DNA of 64,000 bases from a virus (IMGVR_UViG_3300047476_001238:15712-79711), one strand, 5' to 3'. Numbered from the stretch's first letter, positions 17,874 to 28,072 are shown. Numbers and translations: made by a program. Notes: generated by a model not told the origin, from the sequence alone.

Positions 17874-19032
17874 TTATAGAAGTTAATACTTCTTTCCACT
17901 CAGCATGCGTTTTTTCAAATTTAGTACTTCTTAAATTATCAAATTTATCAATTTGATCTAAGAATTTTTGGTGGGAAAATTCTTCTCGTATGGGTATCGA
18001 TTTAAGTAGCTGTAATAACATCGGATAGTCGGCGAACTTATTTCTTAATATATTATATTGGGTTTTATCCAAAAACTCTAATCTAAAATCATGCAGACCA
18101 GGATAAGGCAGTACCTTTTGAAAAATTAAATTTACAGGATCACCTAATCTATTTTCTTTGAGATTCATTTTATGCCAGTCAACCAATTGATCAAGATAAT
18201 AAAAATTCAAGTAGCTGTATACACAATTAACTTTAAACATATGATTAACCGGCATATTTTCTTTGTACCAAGTTAAATTCTCTGTTATTCTTTCCCAAGA
18301 AACCCCCGGTCTCTGATACTCGAATCTTTGTTCTATATCGTCAATACTAAAATATAATTCTACTAATCTACATTCAGACCACAAATTCAAAATTTCATCA
18401 GAAACTCGTACAGTTCCATTGGTGTTATAAAACACATGAACATCAGACAATCCCTTGACTTTTTTAATATTTTTTAAAAAAGTGATATGACTATCACTTA
18501 ACAATGGTTCGCCGCCACCGTGAAAATGCACATTGCGAATATTTTGTAGCTGATTGTCGGTTATTTCAATTTGATTATTTTTTTGATATTTGAATTTTGT
18601 TGCATCAGCTTCGGGAAATAATTTTTGATAGTCAGGCACCCAAGATGAACTATTACCGGGATTGCACACTAAACATTTTAAATTACACAAATTTCCAACG
18701 CTGTAGTCAATGCTAATCGGTCCGGGTGAATTGGTGTCAGAATCATTAAAAAAATTTTCATACAATTCAACCACACCTTGACGCCTACTTGTTAACCCCA
18801 ACGCTTCATCATTATAACAATTAATACATCCAGGAACTTTTTGATCTGATTCTATTAATTTTTTTATTCCGATATGCTTTTTGTTATTCCAAACTTTGGC
18901 TATGCTAATATTATCGTCTGTTCCTATATCACCAGTGTAAAAAGAACAAGGAGTATATTTGATTCTTCCGTTATGGGACCATATGGCCAAATTTTTATAC
19001 ACTTCATAACAAAAGTATTTGTTCTTTTTCAT
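17869..19032 (-). CDS. radical SAM enzyme with a SPASM/twitch-like C-terminal domain (paralog 1)
   Basis: CNLKCLVC (Cx3Cx2C) and a GGGEP SAM-binding motif, with additional Cys pairs N- and C-terminal. Similar layout to the ORF at 61470-62747. Confidence 0.8.
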   Translation of the reverse strand: MKKNKYFCYEVYKNLAIWSHNGRIKYTPCSFYTGDIGTDDNISIAKVWNNKKHIGIKKLIESDQKVPGCINCYNDEALGLTSRRQGVVELYENFFNDSDTNSPGPISIDYSVGNLCNLKCLVCNPGNSSSWVPDYQKLFPEADATKFKYQKNNQIEITDNQLQNIRNVHFHGGGEPLLSDSHITFLKNIKKVKGLSDVHVFYNTNGTVRVSDEILNLWSECRLVELYFSIDDIEQRFEYQRPGVSWERITENLTWYKENMPVNHMFKVNCVYSYLNFYYLDQLVDWHKMNLKENRLGDPVNLIFQKVLPYPGLHDFRLEFLDKTQYNILRNKFADYPMLLQLLKSIPIREEFSHQKFLDQIDKFDNLRSTKFEKTHAEWKEVLTSII

Positions 19033-19037
19033 GTATT

Positions 19038-20501
19038 TTATTCGGTTTTAGTTTTTAAGCTGGCAAGCATTTGTTTCAATTTTGTGCTATCTACATTGGC
19101 CTGTACTTTGCTTTCGATGTCAAATCCCGGCTTTGGTGTAGCTTTAATAAAGGGTGCAGCACCTGCACCTTCAGTTGTGGTAGTGCTTTTGGCTTTGATT
19201 TGATTCATTATGCTACCAGGCGCACTTGGACCACCAGGACGCCCATACCCGATTGTACCAGCCTCAGCTGCATCTTCACCAGGGTCAGTGATACGCATGG
19301 TTTCAATGTTGTATTCTAGATCTACTTTTTGACCCACACCGGTACTGCTTCGACTTTTCATACACTGGATTTGATAGCGTCCGCGCTCGCGCATGGCACG
19401 ACTTGTAAAAATACCAAACACATTATCTGCTGTGTTAATTTTACTGATACCACCTGAAATGTGACTGTGATCAAATTCAATTTCGTCAACTGCGCCTCGG
19501 TTCAGCTGACTTGCAGTGACCATGAGCACCCCCAATTCTTTACTCAAATTACGCAGTTCTTCTGATACATATTTGTCTTTCACAAACAAATCATTGGGAC
19601 TAACTTTGGCACTCACAGGCATCAGCAGATCTAAATAGTCGATCATCATAAAGTCAATTTTGCGCCCTGTTTGGATTTGGTATTCTTTTAGGAATGCTCT
19701 GATATCGTTGATATTGCTTTGTGCAGGCAATGCTTTGACTTGATAAGTGCCAGACTTTTTACCAACCATTTTAATTTTAAGTGCCGCGGTATCTTTGTCT
19801 TTGCGTATGTCTTTGGTACTCATGTTGGTCAACATGGCCGCTGTACGCAAACCTGTTAATTCTTGACTGAGTTCTAGTGTGATATAAACTCCATGAAGTC
19901 CTTGTTGTACCCAGTTAAGGGCAATGTTCATCATGACCAAGCTTTTACCTGAGCCCGATCCGCCAGCAAAAATATTAAGCTCACCTCTACTGAAACCACC
20001 ATACAACAGTTTGTCTACCTGTGGCCAGCCTGTGCTAACTTGCCCACCTGAATCAAAATATCTAGTAATCATGCCAGACGGATCTTCCCAGAAGTCCATG
20101 CCTAGATCTTTGGTAAGACTGATTTGTACAGCATCTTTGATTAGTTTTTCCACAGGATCAAAGTCGCCTTTTTCAATCATGTCTGCTGCTTGCAGAATAG
20201 CTCGTTCAAGTTCTTGTTTACGACTGAATCCTTCAAATTCTTTTAAAAACCAATCGTAGTGACCTTCTTTAAGGTCAGGAACTTCCCTGAGCTCTACACC
20301 TGTTGCTGCTTGAATCTGTTCTTTAGTAGGCAACGTTTTGTGATCATCGCTGTGTTTTTTGATAAACTTTGCAGCTTCTCTAAGACTGCGATCAAAATTT
20401 TCTGCATTGTAAATGTTCTGCACACGCACATATACTTCTGCGTCTTGCAGCATCATCTCCAGGAAAAGTTTTTGTATGTCGGGATTATAATCTTTTGTCA
20501 T
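19038..20501 (-). CDS. 41: DnaB-like replicative DNA helicase (T4 gp41 type)
   Basis: 487 aa with Walker A GGSGSGKS and DnaB-family H2-H4 motifs (IDYLDLL, TASQLNR). Confidence 0.88.
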   Translation of the reverse strand: MTKDYNPDIQKLFLEMMLQDAEVYVRVQNIYNAENFDRSLREAAKFIKKHSDDHKTLPTKEQIQAATGVELREVPDLKEGHYDWFLKEFEGFSRKQELERAILQAADMIEKGDFDPVEKLIKDAVQISLTKDLGMDFWEDPSGMITRYFDSGGQVSTGWPQVDKLLYGGFSRGELNIFAGGSGSGKSLVMMNIALNWVQQGLHGVYITLELSQELTGLRTAAMLTNMSTKDIRKDKDTAALKIKMVGKKSGTYQVKALPAQSNINDIRAFLKEYQIQTGRKIDFMMIDYLDLLMPVSAKVSPNDLFVKDKYVSEELRNLSKELGVLMVTASQLNRGAVDEIEFDHSHISGGISKINTADNVFGIFTSRAMRERGRYQIQCMKSRSSTGVGQKVDLEYNIETMRITDPGEDAAEAGTIGYGRPGGPSAPGSIMNQIKAKSTTTTEGAGAAPFIKATPKPGFDIESKVQANVDSTKLKQMLASLKTKTE

Positions 20502-21451
20502 GACTTGGGACAGTTAAATGTACAAGCTTTTGGCTTGATTGTTTCGATATTGTTGTAAAAATCTTTTAAATTGTTGATAACTTGCGATAACGTTGTTTTA
20601 CTTATTGCAAATTTTTCTTTTTGTTTATAAAAATCACTCTCGTAATAGAATCTATGATCGCCCATCCAGCAACAGGGCAAATAAAAACCCGAAGCTGAAA
20701 TGAAATGCATAGAATGAGTAATTTTGCAAACAGGGTTTATGTCATTTTTGTTGTTGCTGTTTTTCCATTGTATGATACTATCATTTCGATTTCCATCAAA
20801 GCTGCCGTTAGACAGTATTCCAGTTTCTGTTTTATAACCGGTATCAACGTATCGTTTAGGATTCAACCAATCGTTAACATCGTCCCAACGATCACTATTG
20901 TTTAAAACAAACTCGTTGATTCCTAAATTTTTGCTCAACTGTTGAGCTGTTTCGATGTCATTGATATTATAACTAAACACAATAAATTTCCAAACAGTCT
21001 TTGCTCGACTCTTGGTCATTATGCTTATACCACGTTCAATGCTGGGCCAATCTGCATTTACTCTATACTGTGTAAAATTCTCAGGAACGCCATCAATGCT
21101 GAAATTCACAACATCTGTTTCGTCAAGAATTTCTGCCAGTTGCTCCCAGGTTGCATTGCTGGCGTAGCTGCCGTTTGTGGTAATAATTATATTGCATCCT
21201 GCAGATTTAAAATATTTTATCAATGGAATTAGGTCAGGGTAATACAGTGGATCTCCGTAATTTCCATTCAATGCAACGAGCTTTCCTTTAAGATCTATAT
21301 CTAAAAAATTTTTTAGATCTTCAAAATTTAAATTTAAATTTTTCCATTTTTTTGGAAACTTTTTAATAAACTCTGTTCGCGAACATCGCGGGCATTTTAA
21401 GGTGCAAATGTTAGTTGGTTCAAGATGAATGCCACGAATAGATTCAAGCAT
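20498..21451 (-). CDS. radical SAM enzyme with a SPASM/twitch-like domain
   Basis: N-terminal CTLKCPRC (Cx3Cx2C) at residue 16, and a C-terminal Cys cluster (C..CC..C..C). Lies between the helicase and primase genes. Confidence 0.8.
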   Translation of the reverse strand: MLESIRGIHLEPTNICTLKCPRCSRTEFIKKFPKKWKNLNLNFEDLKNFLDIDLKGKLVALNGNYGDPLYYPDLIPLIKYFKSAGCNIIITTNGSYASNATWEQLAEILDETDVVNFSIDGVPENFTQYRVNADWPSIERGISIMTKSRAKTVWKFIVFSYNINDIETAQQLSKNLGINEFVLNNSDRWDDVNDWLNPKRYVDTGYKTETGILSNGSFDGNRNDSIIQWKNSNNKNDINPVCKITHSMHFISASGFYLPCCWMGDHRFYYESDFYKQKEKFAISKTTLSQVINNLKDFYNNIETIKPKACTFNCPKS

Positions 21452-22469
21452 ATAACTTTTTCTTCTTTAACTCTATTTTAAGTCGACTAGTTTCTCTCGC
21501 TGCCAGAATACATTTAAGCACAAACAATTTGCCGTATTTGACTACTGCTTCATTGATGTCTTTGCAGGTCTCCTGCCAGACTGGAAAACTCACAGTCCAC
21601 CCTGCTTCTATTGCGCGGTCAACCAGCTTCTTACCTGCTCGGTCTGAATCAGGAACTACAATGACTTCTCGTTGCAATCTATCAATTTGATCAACTTGTA
21701 TGTCGGATATTTCTGCTCCGTTAAGTGCAACTCCGTCTATGCTCATTGCATCAAATGGTCCTTCGCACACAATAACAAACTTATTATCAGGCTTTTGATT
21801 GTCTAAGTTAAACACAAAGTCTGCTGGATGACTGCTCCAATACTTGGGCTTGATACCATCTGTAATTGCTCGGCTTGTATAGCCTACTGTTTCGCCACGA
21901 TAACGGAAAGGGATGATTATCCTACGATGTAGGTTATACGCTTCTTCGGGTGTCCAATAAAATTCGTATCGGTTTATGTCAATGGATCTACGATGTACGT
22001 ATTCGATAGCAGCAAGTAGTTCGGCTGGTACATTGTTATAATCGCCAATGCTGTAAAAGTTGGCAAGTTCGACCACGTTCTTTGCCTGTTCAGGCAACGA
22101 TCTTGCTTCATACGCAATCTCTTGCTCGGGTTCTTTGGCTAATTCTTCAGGCGCAACTAATTCTCTGAGTCTGACTGCATCAATAACCAATCTCCGGACA
22201 GTTAGGTCGTCGGCACCTAACCAAGCAAGCAACTTTCTAAACTTAAAAGTTAAATGTCTGCCGGGAACAAAACTGGCTTTAAAGCCGCAATTGAAGCAAT
22301 GATAGCTTACAGCACCTGCATTGGTTTTAACCCCGCCACGCCCTCTAGTGTCAGCAGTTTCACCATTATGTACACAGCACGGAGCATTGAAACTGGTCCA
22401 GCCATTCTGACCCGTTTTTTTACGGGCAGGAAGCAGTTGAAGGACAGAATCTTGAATAGTAGTCAGCAT
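21444..22469 (-). CDS. 61: DNA primase (T4 gp61 type)
   Basis: Zinc-ribbon CCVHNG...HCFNCG followed by a TOPRIM block VIVCEGPFDAMS and DSDRAGKK. The start could instead be the TTG at 22499. Confidence 0.82.
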   Translation of the reverse strand: MLTTIQDSVLQLLPARKKTGQNGWTSFNAPCCVHNGETADTRGRGGVKTNAGAVSYHCFNCGFKASFVPGRHLTFKFRKLLAWLGADDLTVRRLVIDAVRLRELVAPEELAKEPEQEIAYEARSLPEQAKNVVELANFYSIGDYNNVPAELLAAIEYVHRRSIDINRYEFYWTPEEAYNLHRRIIIPFRYRGETVGYTSRAITDGIKPKYWSSHPADFVFNLDNQKPDNKFVIVCEGPFDAMSIDGVALNGAEISDIQVDQIDRLQREVIVVPDSDRAGKKLVDRAIEAGWTVSFPVWQETCKDINEAVVKYGKLFVLKCILAARETSRLKIELKKKKLYA

Positions 22470-22550
22470 CCTAGTATTATATACTAAAACACACAACAAC
22501 TCAAATAATTTATAGGTTTGTTATTCGATTTTAAATGTTTCAAAAGACTG

Positions 22551-23003
22551 TCAAGGCGCAGGAGCAAAGTATGCTGGTAATACTTCTAAATCAAGCGGTG
22601 CAGTCCAATTATCATCTACATAAACCGGGCGAGCAATATTGCCCACATTTGATACTGTTTTTAATGTTAACCAGTAAAATCTTTGATCCAAACTGCTTAC
22701 CTCAGCATTGGGTATAGTAAATGTTCCGCGTCCTTTGGTCTGATCTGTAAATGTAATTGTATAGCTGTGTGCTGTTGTTTGACTCAACGGATCTTGTACT
22801 TCGGCACGAAGAGTGTGCCCAGTCAAATCAACTGGTTTTTGATCTTGGTTTAGAACCACAATTTGTATGGGATTGTCTATACCTTGATAGACTTTAATAG
22901 GGCGGCTGTACACGACTCGATTCCTTGGTGTAAAAATTGTCTGGTCCCATATTTGGACCGTGACTGTGTTTGGATATAAATAAGCTTGGATTTGCATTAT
23001 CAT
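22551..23003 (-). CDS. hypothetical protein (150 aa), probably late
   Basis: An AATAAATA late-like motif lies upstream. Composition is beta-rich. Confidence 0.45.
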   Translation of the reverse strand: MIMQIQAYLYPNTVTVQIWDQTIFTPRNRVVYSRPIKVYQGIDNPIQIVVLNQDQKPVDLTGHTLRAEVQDPLSQTTAHSYTITFTDQTKGRGTFTIPNAEVSSLDQRFYWLTLKTVSNVGNIARPVYVDDNWTAPLDLEVLPAYFAPAP

Positions 23004-23018
23004 GTATTTATTGAAAAA

Positions 23019-23396
23019 ATGGTCGAACCTGATTACACAGAATTATTAAAAAAATATCCGTTCTTGACTTACCTTGTGTATGGCGGCAACGAGTATATAG
23101 GAGTTATCCAAAACCTAGACGAAGTAATTACTACTATATACGACTACGGCGCCTTAAAAACCCTAGATCAAAAACAGCAGTTTTTAGAGCTTGCAGAAAT
23201 GTGGTGGTGGGAAAGTAATAGGTTAATACCAATAAACGTGTTCTTGAAACAGGAGTGGACTCCGTTTAGAAGCGTTGTTAAAACAATGAACAGCAAAGAT
23301 GTGGAAATCAAGTTTGGCCCGCAAGTGAGCCTTAAAGAAATTGCTGCCAAACGCAGCAAACGTAGATCAATTACACTGGTACGTAAAGTGGGTTAG
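23019..23396 (+). CDS. hypothetical protein (about 125 aa), rare plus-strand gene
   Basis: Fills an otherwise non-coding 390 bp gap and has a protein-like composition. The start is uncertain (TTG at 22986 or ATG at 23019). Confidence 0.35.
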   Translation: MVEPDYTELLKKYPFLTYLVYGGNEYIGVIQNLDEVITTIYDYGALKTLDQKQQFLELAEMWWWESNRLIPINVFLKQEWTPFRSVVKTMNSKDVEIKFGPQVSLKEIAAKRSKRRSITLVRKVG

Positions 23397-23986
23397 AGAT
23401 ATTCTGCGCTGATTTGTTCGCAGATCAAGTTCATGTTAACAGCAACCAAGTGTGCGTATCCCACAGCATGAGCTTTCTTAAAGTAGTATTCATCACCGTC
23501 CGGGCGCTCCCAAACAGTTTCTGCTACTTCGCGCCAAGTCCGACCAATCAAATGCCGTTTGGCAGGTCTTATAACTGCAAGAAACATAGCCAGTCTTGGA
23601 ATTGTGTTAACAGGCTCGGGCATTCGAACCAGTGTGTCGTAATGTGACCCAATGTGTATCAACTGACTGCAAAAGTCTCGGTCTAGCAGTAAATCCCAAA
23701 GCGGATCCTGACTCATCAAATGCTGCAAATGCTGTTCATTTTTAATCTGAGAATATAACCCAACATTAAGAACGTCTACTTTTACGTAGCCACGCTCTTC
23801 AGCTGCTTCATAATCCAAACTTGCCCGACCAGTAAAAGGATCCACTGGAACGGGTGTAAAGTACACACCAGTATTGTGTTTGGTGATTTTACCGTCGCGT
23901 ATGATACTTGCTGCGGTATGATCAAGCACTGCAAGTGCCTGATCTCTATCAGCTACATCAATATCAATGTCCGACTTAAATTTCAT
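23393..23986 (-). CDS. hypothetical protein (197 aa)
   Basis: ORF coupled to the upstream gene (23983-23986 overlap). Confidence 0.5.
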   Translation of the reverse strand: MKFKSDIDIDVADRDQALAVLDHTAASIIRDGKITKHNTGVYFTPVPVDPFTGRASLDYEAAEERGYVKVDVLNVGLYSQIKNEQHLQHLMSQDPLWDLLLDRDFCSQLIHIGSHYDTLVRMPEPVNTIPRLAMFLAVIRPAKRHLIGRTWREVAETVWERPDGDEYYFKKAHAVGYAHLVAVNMNLICEQISAEYL

Positions 23987-24663
23987 AGCCCGGCTTCCTG
24001 AAGAACATGTTTACACCACTCTGCATCAGCTACGTAATCCGAGAACTTACGATTCCAATAATCAGGATCAATCCAAGGAATAATAATGGCCAAAAGCCCC
24101 TCGTCAAGAGACTCGAGAAACTCAATACCGCTAGCACAATTAAACACAATCCAAGGACTAATGCGACCAGTGGTAATATGATGACAAATCCTATTATGAT
24201 TCCCGTACTTAAAATAATGGCTGTAAGTAGCAAGGCCACTGTCTCCATTGGCGTATTCCTCCATGGTTTTGAGTCCACGCTCGAGTGCATCCTGGACTGC
24301 TTCCTTTTTAAGATATTCATGTAGCCATTCCTCGTAAAAACTATCCTTGCACCAATAGTCTAATTTCTTATTATTTTTTAATAGCCATTCTGTAAAACTC
24401 GTGCTATTAACACAGCGAATAGCAACCATGTATCTACCGAACCGAACAAAAGCATTGTAATAGGGACTTGCAACAAAGTCATGATAGCTTTTGAGCCGTG
24501 CGCTGCCTTGTGTGGTTTCATAAAATTTTAAATATGCTCTGAGCCCAAACTGTACTCCTGTTTCAGATTCTTGTTGCCAGCGTCTTTTGGTTTCACACAG
24601 ATGTGCTGTTAGTGTACTTTCTTTTCTAAATTCTTTATCACAATATTTACACTTGTAGCTCAT
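23983..24663 (-). CDS. C2H2 zinc-finger-containing protein (226 aa)
   Basis: N-terminal CKYCDKEFRKESTLTAHLC classical C2H2 finger. Confidence 0.5.
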   Translation of the reverse strand: MSYKCKYCDKEFRKESTLTAHLCETKRRWQQESETGVQFGLRAYLKFYETTQGSARLKSYHDFVASPYYNAFVRFGRYMVAIRCVNSTSFTEWLLKNNKKLDYWCKDSFYEEWLHEYLKKEAVQDALERGLKTMEEYANGDSGLATYSHYFKYGNHNRICHHITTGRISPWIVFNCASGIEFLESLDEGLLAIIIPWIDPDYWNRKFSDYVADAEWCKHVLQEAGL

Positions 24664-24748
24664 GCTGTCTAATATAGTTTTCTAAATAGTCTTTTAACGG
24701 TTTGTGTGATCCTGGCTGTCTGTGTCGCATATCAATTACTTGAGCATG

Positions 24749-25216
24749 TTATTTAAACAATGCTTTTATTTCTTTGTCTGGCATGCCGTGTTCTCTGGCC
24801 AGTTGTTTGATATCATCGGTGTCGTTAATTTGGACTAGCAATTCCAATTCATCTTCTTTGTAGTCTGGATACACCTGTCTTAGAAATTTAATAACTTTGT
24901 TGTTGTTGCTGTCTCTTTTCTTTTGTTTGATCCAGTCGTGCCTGAATGCGCCCATGCCCGGACTCACTGTTGTTGCCGACAACCATTGTAATTCTGGGTA
25001 CTTGGCCAAATCAAAAAAGTGCTTGTTGAGATTTTCGTTGCACGAAAGCAAATAGTATTGTTGCAATTCGGCGCTGCCTTGCACACTCGAACCCCAACGA
25101 ATCATAAGGAAGTTGCTGAACTTTTTTCGCTCTTCGTCAGTAAGGTCAGCATAAAAATTTCGATCCTTGCGATCAAATGCTTGCATTTCATTGGCTATGG
25201 TTAATTTATCTGTCAT
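24749..25216 (-). CDS. hypothetical protein (155 aa)
   Basis: ORF with no motif. Confidence 0.45.
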   Translation of the reverse strand: MTDKLTIANEMQAFDRKDRNFYADLTDEERKKFSNFLMIRWGSSVQGSAELQQYYLLSCNENLNKHFFDLAKYPELQWLSATTVSPGMGAFRHDWIKQKKRDSNNNKVIKFLRQVYPDYKEDELELLVQINDTDDIKQLAREHGMPDKEIKALFK

Positions 25217-25485
25217 ACCGGATGATGGAAAAGTGGGTCTTCTTGTTTGCTTAACTCGTATATAATTTTAACACGTTCCAGTGCATCTTGTAAAGCAGGA
25301 TTATGCTCGGCTGCTTCCAGTATTGGAATCCAAGCGTCTGATAATTCCATTCTACGTTGTTGAATATCTAGTGCGTAATCTTCGCCAATTAACACTCGCT
25401 CGGAATCGCCAACTTTGCGAGCATATATTCTAGGGCCATCACGCTCGTATATATAAGTGGCACCCGGTTCTAGTTGACTTGTCAT
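25213..25485 (-). CDS. hypothetical protein (90 aa)
   Basis: Coupled ORF. Confidence 0.4.
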   Translation of the reverse strand: MTSQLEPGATYIYERDGPRIYARKVGDSERVLIGEDYALDIQQRRMELSDAWIPILEAAEHNPALQDALERVKIIYELSKQEDPLFHHPV

Positions 25486-26102
25486 GAAAAAAATACCTGT
25501 ATGCTATGTCTGCAACTCAATCCAATCAAATCATCAACAGCGGATACTGGTGTCACCGAGTGTTGATACATTGCAGGAAAAATTACCAATCTATCATTTA
25601 CACATTCTATCACAGTTGTTTCCGTTCGTTGTTCTTGATAAAGCCCGTTGCTCAATTCAAAATCGCCTCCAACAAATTGTTTAGGTGTTTGGTAGCAGAA
25701 ATAATTCCAAGTCACATGCCCGCCGCCATCGGTATGCCATTTATAAAAATCAGCAGTCTGATATCTACTTAAAACCATATTGTAGTTTCTTGATTGTGAC
25801 CCAACAAAATGATCTAGTTCTGGCATCTGGGCAACTGCTTGCGCTATATCAGCATGAAAAAACTTTTCTGTAAAAAAAGCCATTATTCCCAAGGTGTCAT
25901 TATCAAATGTATCCAACCACAAGTTTAGATTTTTTCTAAATCCGTGATCAATCCTTCGCACTCCATGATCAATAATTTCTGCATCAATCATTTTATCCTC
26001 AACAGCCGATATCATATTCAATATGCGGCTGTTGTTTTTTGCGCCCAGAAAATTGTCAATCACAATGTGGGGTACTGGTTTAGAGAAACAATTTATTTGC
26101 AT
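25482..26102 (-). CDS. 2OG-Fe(II) oxygenase superfamily protein
   Basis: HTDGGG (HxD) iron-binding motif followed by a distal H (AMYQHSV), with prolyl-hydroxylase-like spacing. Confidence 0.7.
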   Translation of the reverse strand: MQINCFSKPVPHIVIDNFLGAKNNSRILNMISAVEDKMIDAEIIDHGVRRIDHGFRKNLNLWLDTFDNDTLGIMAFFTEKFFHADIAQAVAQMPELDHFVGSQSRNYNMVLSRYQTADFYKWHTDGGGHVTWNYFCYQTPKQFVGGDFELSNGLYQEQRTETTVIECVNDRLVIFPAMYQHSVTPVSAVDDLIGLSCRHSIQVFFS

Positions 26103-26662
26103 GATAAAAAACTTCTAGCTCTATCTGTTATTATATACCTGCCGGTAAGTCTGTCTTGAAAATCTTCAATTACACTTTTGTGTATTGGCAAGTCATCAAG
26201 ACTGTATTCTTGAGCAGTAAATTCATCTGTTGCATTAAATGTACTAGCGAAATAGATTTGCGGGAAATCAACCTTGGACACTATATCATAAAGCAACTTG
26301 TGATGTATATGACCGTAGTCTCCGTCTTGATTGTGTGTTAGTACTAATACTGGCTGTACAGTATTGATTACTCGATGAACATTTTGCTCTGCGTCCGCAG
26401 GATTCCAAAAATTAAACTGTTGCGTTTGTTGATCTTGGTAGTCATCTACAAATCCTAGAAATTCGCAGGTGACATTTCTTTGTGACCAAAAATTTTCAAC
26501 TTCTTGAGCTCGAGGATCTATTTTGGTGTAGGTAAGATACGCAATGTGCCAATCAAAATTTGAATAATGTTCAATCAAAGGTAAAGCAAATATAATGCAA
26601 TCGTCTGGGTGTGCAACAACTGCTAATGCTTTACCAGCACTTGGCATAATCAACCACTTCAC
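26093..26662 (-). CDS. LmbE/PIG-L-like (GlcNAc) deacetylase family protein
   Basis: N-terminal VVAHPDDCIIF matches the (A)HPDD(E) zinc-binding motif. A downstream H..DH cluster is present. Confidence 0.55.
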   Translation of the reverse strand: MKWLIMPSAGKALAVVAHPDDCIIFALPLIEHYSNFDWHIAYLTYTKIDPRAQEVENFWSQRNVTCEFLGFVDDYQDQQTQQFNFWNPADAEQNVHRVINTVQPVLVLTHNQDGDYGHIHHKLLYDIVSKVDFPQIYFASTFNATDEFTAQEYSLDDLPIHKSVIEDFQDRLTGRYIITDRARSFLSCK

Positions 26663-27134
26663 TTTGTCTGGATATGTCTTTTACAAAATAAGCGCACAAG
26701 GGTTTTTCAACACCAGATTCTAACGGAATGGCCAACAGTTGTCCAGGTTTGAGTTTAGGAAAATACCATTTGACGTCTTGATAAATGTCTACAATTTCAA
26801 TTTGTGCAAACTCAGGCCTAAAACTGCTCAGTGGGTTAAAACAATATACACTGAATCCTCGATCGTTGATACTGGTTAACGGAACCACTTCGAGATCGCC
26901 TAGATCCGGTTCACCAATTAATACATGCCAATCCACTGGCATTTTAATTACGTTTTCCCCAATACGTAAAACCAGGGCCGGGCTGTTAAAGCTTTCTAAA
27001 AAAATTAAGGGAATATAAAAATAATCTGGGGTACGAGGATCTGAATTATCAAGTACTGCAAATCTTAAATCTTCTACTTCGTCGGGTATTTCGTTTAGCT
27101 CGTAGGCTGTGTTTTCTAGTGTTAGTATTCTCAT
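26631..27134 (-). CDS. hypothetical protein (about 167 aa)
   Basis: Start set at the ATG overlapping the upstream stop (TAATG). The longer ORF would overlap by 43 nt. Confidence 0.4.
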   Translation of the reverse strand: MRILTLENTAYELNEIPDEVEDLRFAVLDNSDPRTPDYFYIPLIFLESFNSPALVLRIGENVIKMPVDWHVLIGEPDLGDLEVVPLTSINDRGFSVYCFNPLSSFRPEFAQIEIVDIYQDVKWYFPKLKPGQLLAIPLESGVEKPLCAYFVKDISRQSEVVDYAKCW

Positions 27135-28072
27135 TAGTATTTTAATCTCCATCCAGTGATTGAGTGGTCGTACCACATTTCTAAATCTGTGTCAGGTTTT
27201 TTAACATGTGGCAAAATTGTTTTTGCAGGATTGCCCCACCATGTTTCAGTGACTGGCATTACAATATCATCGTACATGTTTGCTCTCCAAAATAACACTA
27301 CAACAAATGTATTTGGCGGTATCTTGTTGGCCGGTACAGTGATACGAATATCATTAATGTCAGTTGTTCCGTTCAAGTCAATATTCAAAGGTTCACTCTG
27401 ATACAGTTTTTTTAATTTTAAATCTGTAAATCTAGGCAACATAGTAAACAAATTCTGCACGTAGCCGGCGCGATACACAGTTGAGTCTAGTGGATGCTGT
27501 GCCTGAAACGAGTCATTGATAATTTTTTCAAATGCAGGATCAATATCAATGTCGGGCTGAAATTCAAAGGCGCCAGATTCGGGCATAACCAACGGGAAGA
27601 TTGGATGATCATCGTAAATTTCCACCCATAGATCAAAGCTTCCAGGTATAAACTGTCCCCCATGCCTTGTAGCATGTTGTGCTATTGCAATGATATCTTC
27701 ATTGAAGACCGGAGTTCCAATTGTTTCTGATACAAAAATGTCAGCATGTATGTCTGTATCAAAAAAGTTTTTGTGAATCACTTCAATCTGATCAGACAGC
27801 CCGACCTGCTGAATAATTTTTCTAGCAAAGTCGGCTCTACCTGGATCCATCTCAACGCTGTACACTTTTTTGGCACCAGCTTTGGCCGCTAGGATGCTCA
27901 ATAGTCCTGTGCCTGTTCCAATATCACAAACAACTTTGCCTGGAACTGCGGCTTCAATTGCTCGTTTGTAATACACGTTGCGACCAGTGTCGTTGATCAT
28001 GGGCATGTAAATGCCGTTGTGTTTAAACCAATCAAAATCCTCTTCAGAGTTTGTAATTGTATTATCTGTCAT
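27134..28072 (-). CDS. protein arginine N-methyltransferase (PRMT)-like SAM methyltransferase
   Basis: Motif I VVCDIGTGTGLLSILAAKAGAKKVYSVE, a double-E-like loop FVSETIGT, and motif III-like HGGQFIP. Confidence 0.7.
   Translation of the reverse strand: MTDNTITNSEEDFDWFKHNGIYMPMINDTGRNVYYKRAIEAAVPGKVVCDIGTGTGLLSILAAKAGAKKVYSVEMDPGRADFARKIIQQVGLSDQIEVIHKNFFDTDIHADIFVSETIGTPVFNEDIIAIAQHATRHGGQFIPGSFDLWVEIYDDHPIFPLVMPESGAFEFQPDIDIDPAFEKIINDSFQAQHPLDSTVYRAGYVQNLFTMLPRFTDLKLKKLYQSEPLNIDLNGTTDINDIRITVPANKIPPNTFVVVLFWRANMYDDIVMPVTETWWGNPAKTILPHVKKPDTDLEMWYDHSITGWRLKY

Noticed and set aside
20498-21451. Radical SAM enzymes as prokaryotic viperin homologs or QueE (7-deazaguanine pathway)
   Set aside because: All four carry extra C-terminal Cys clusters typical of SPASM/twitch auxiliary-cluster enzymes. 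There are no QueC/QueD/FolE partners and no viperin-like CNYKCGFC context. Left as unclassified radical SAM enzymes.
26631-27176. Full-length 181-aa ORF overlapping the PRMT-like gene by 43 nt
   Set aside because: Such a long overlap is atypical here. An internal ATG at 27134 gives the common TAATG coupling, so the shorter version was annotated.
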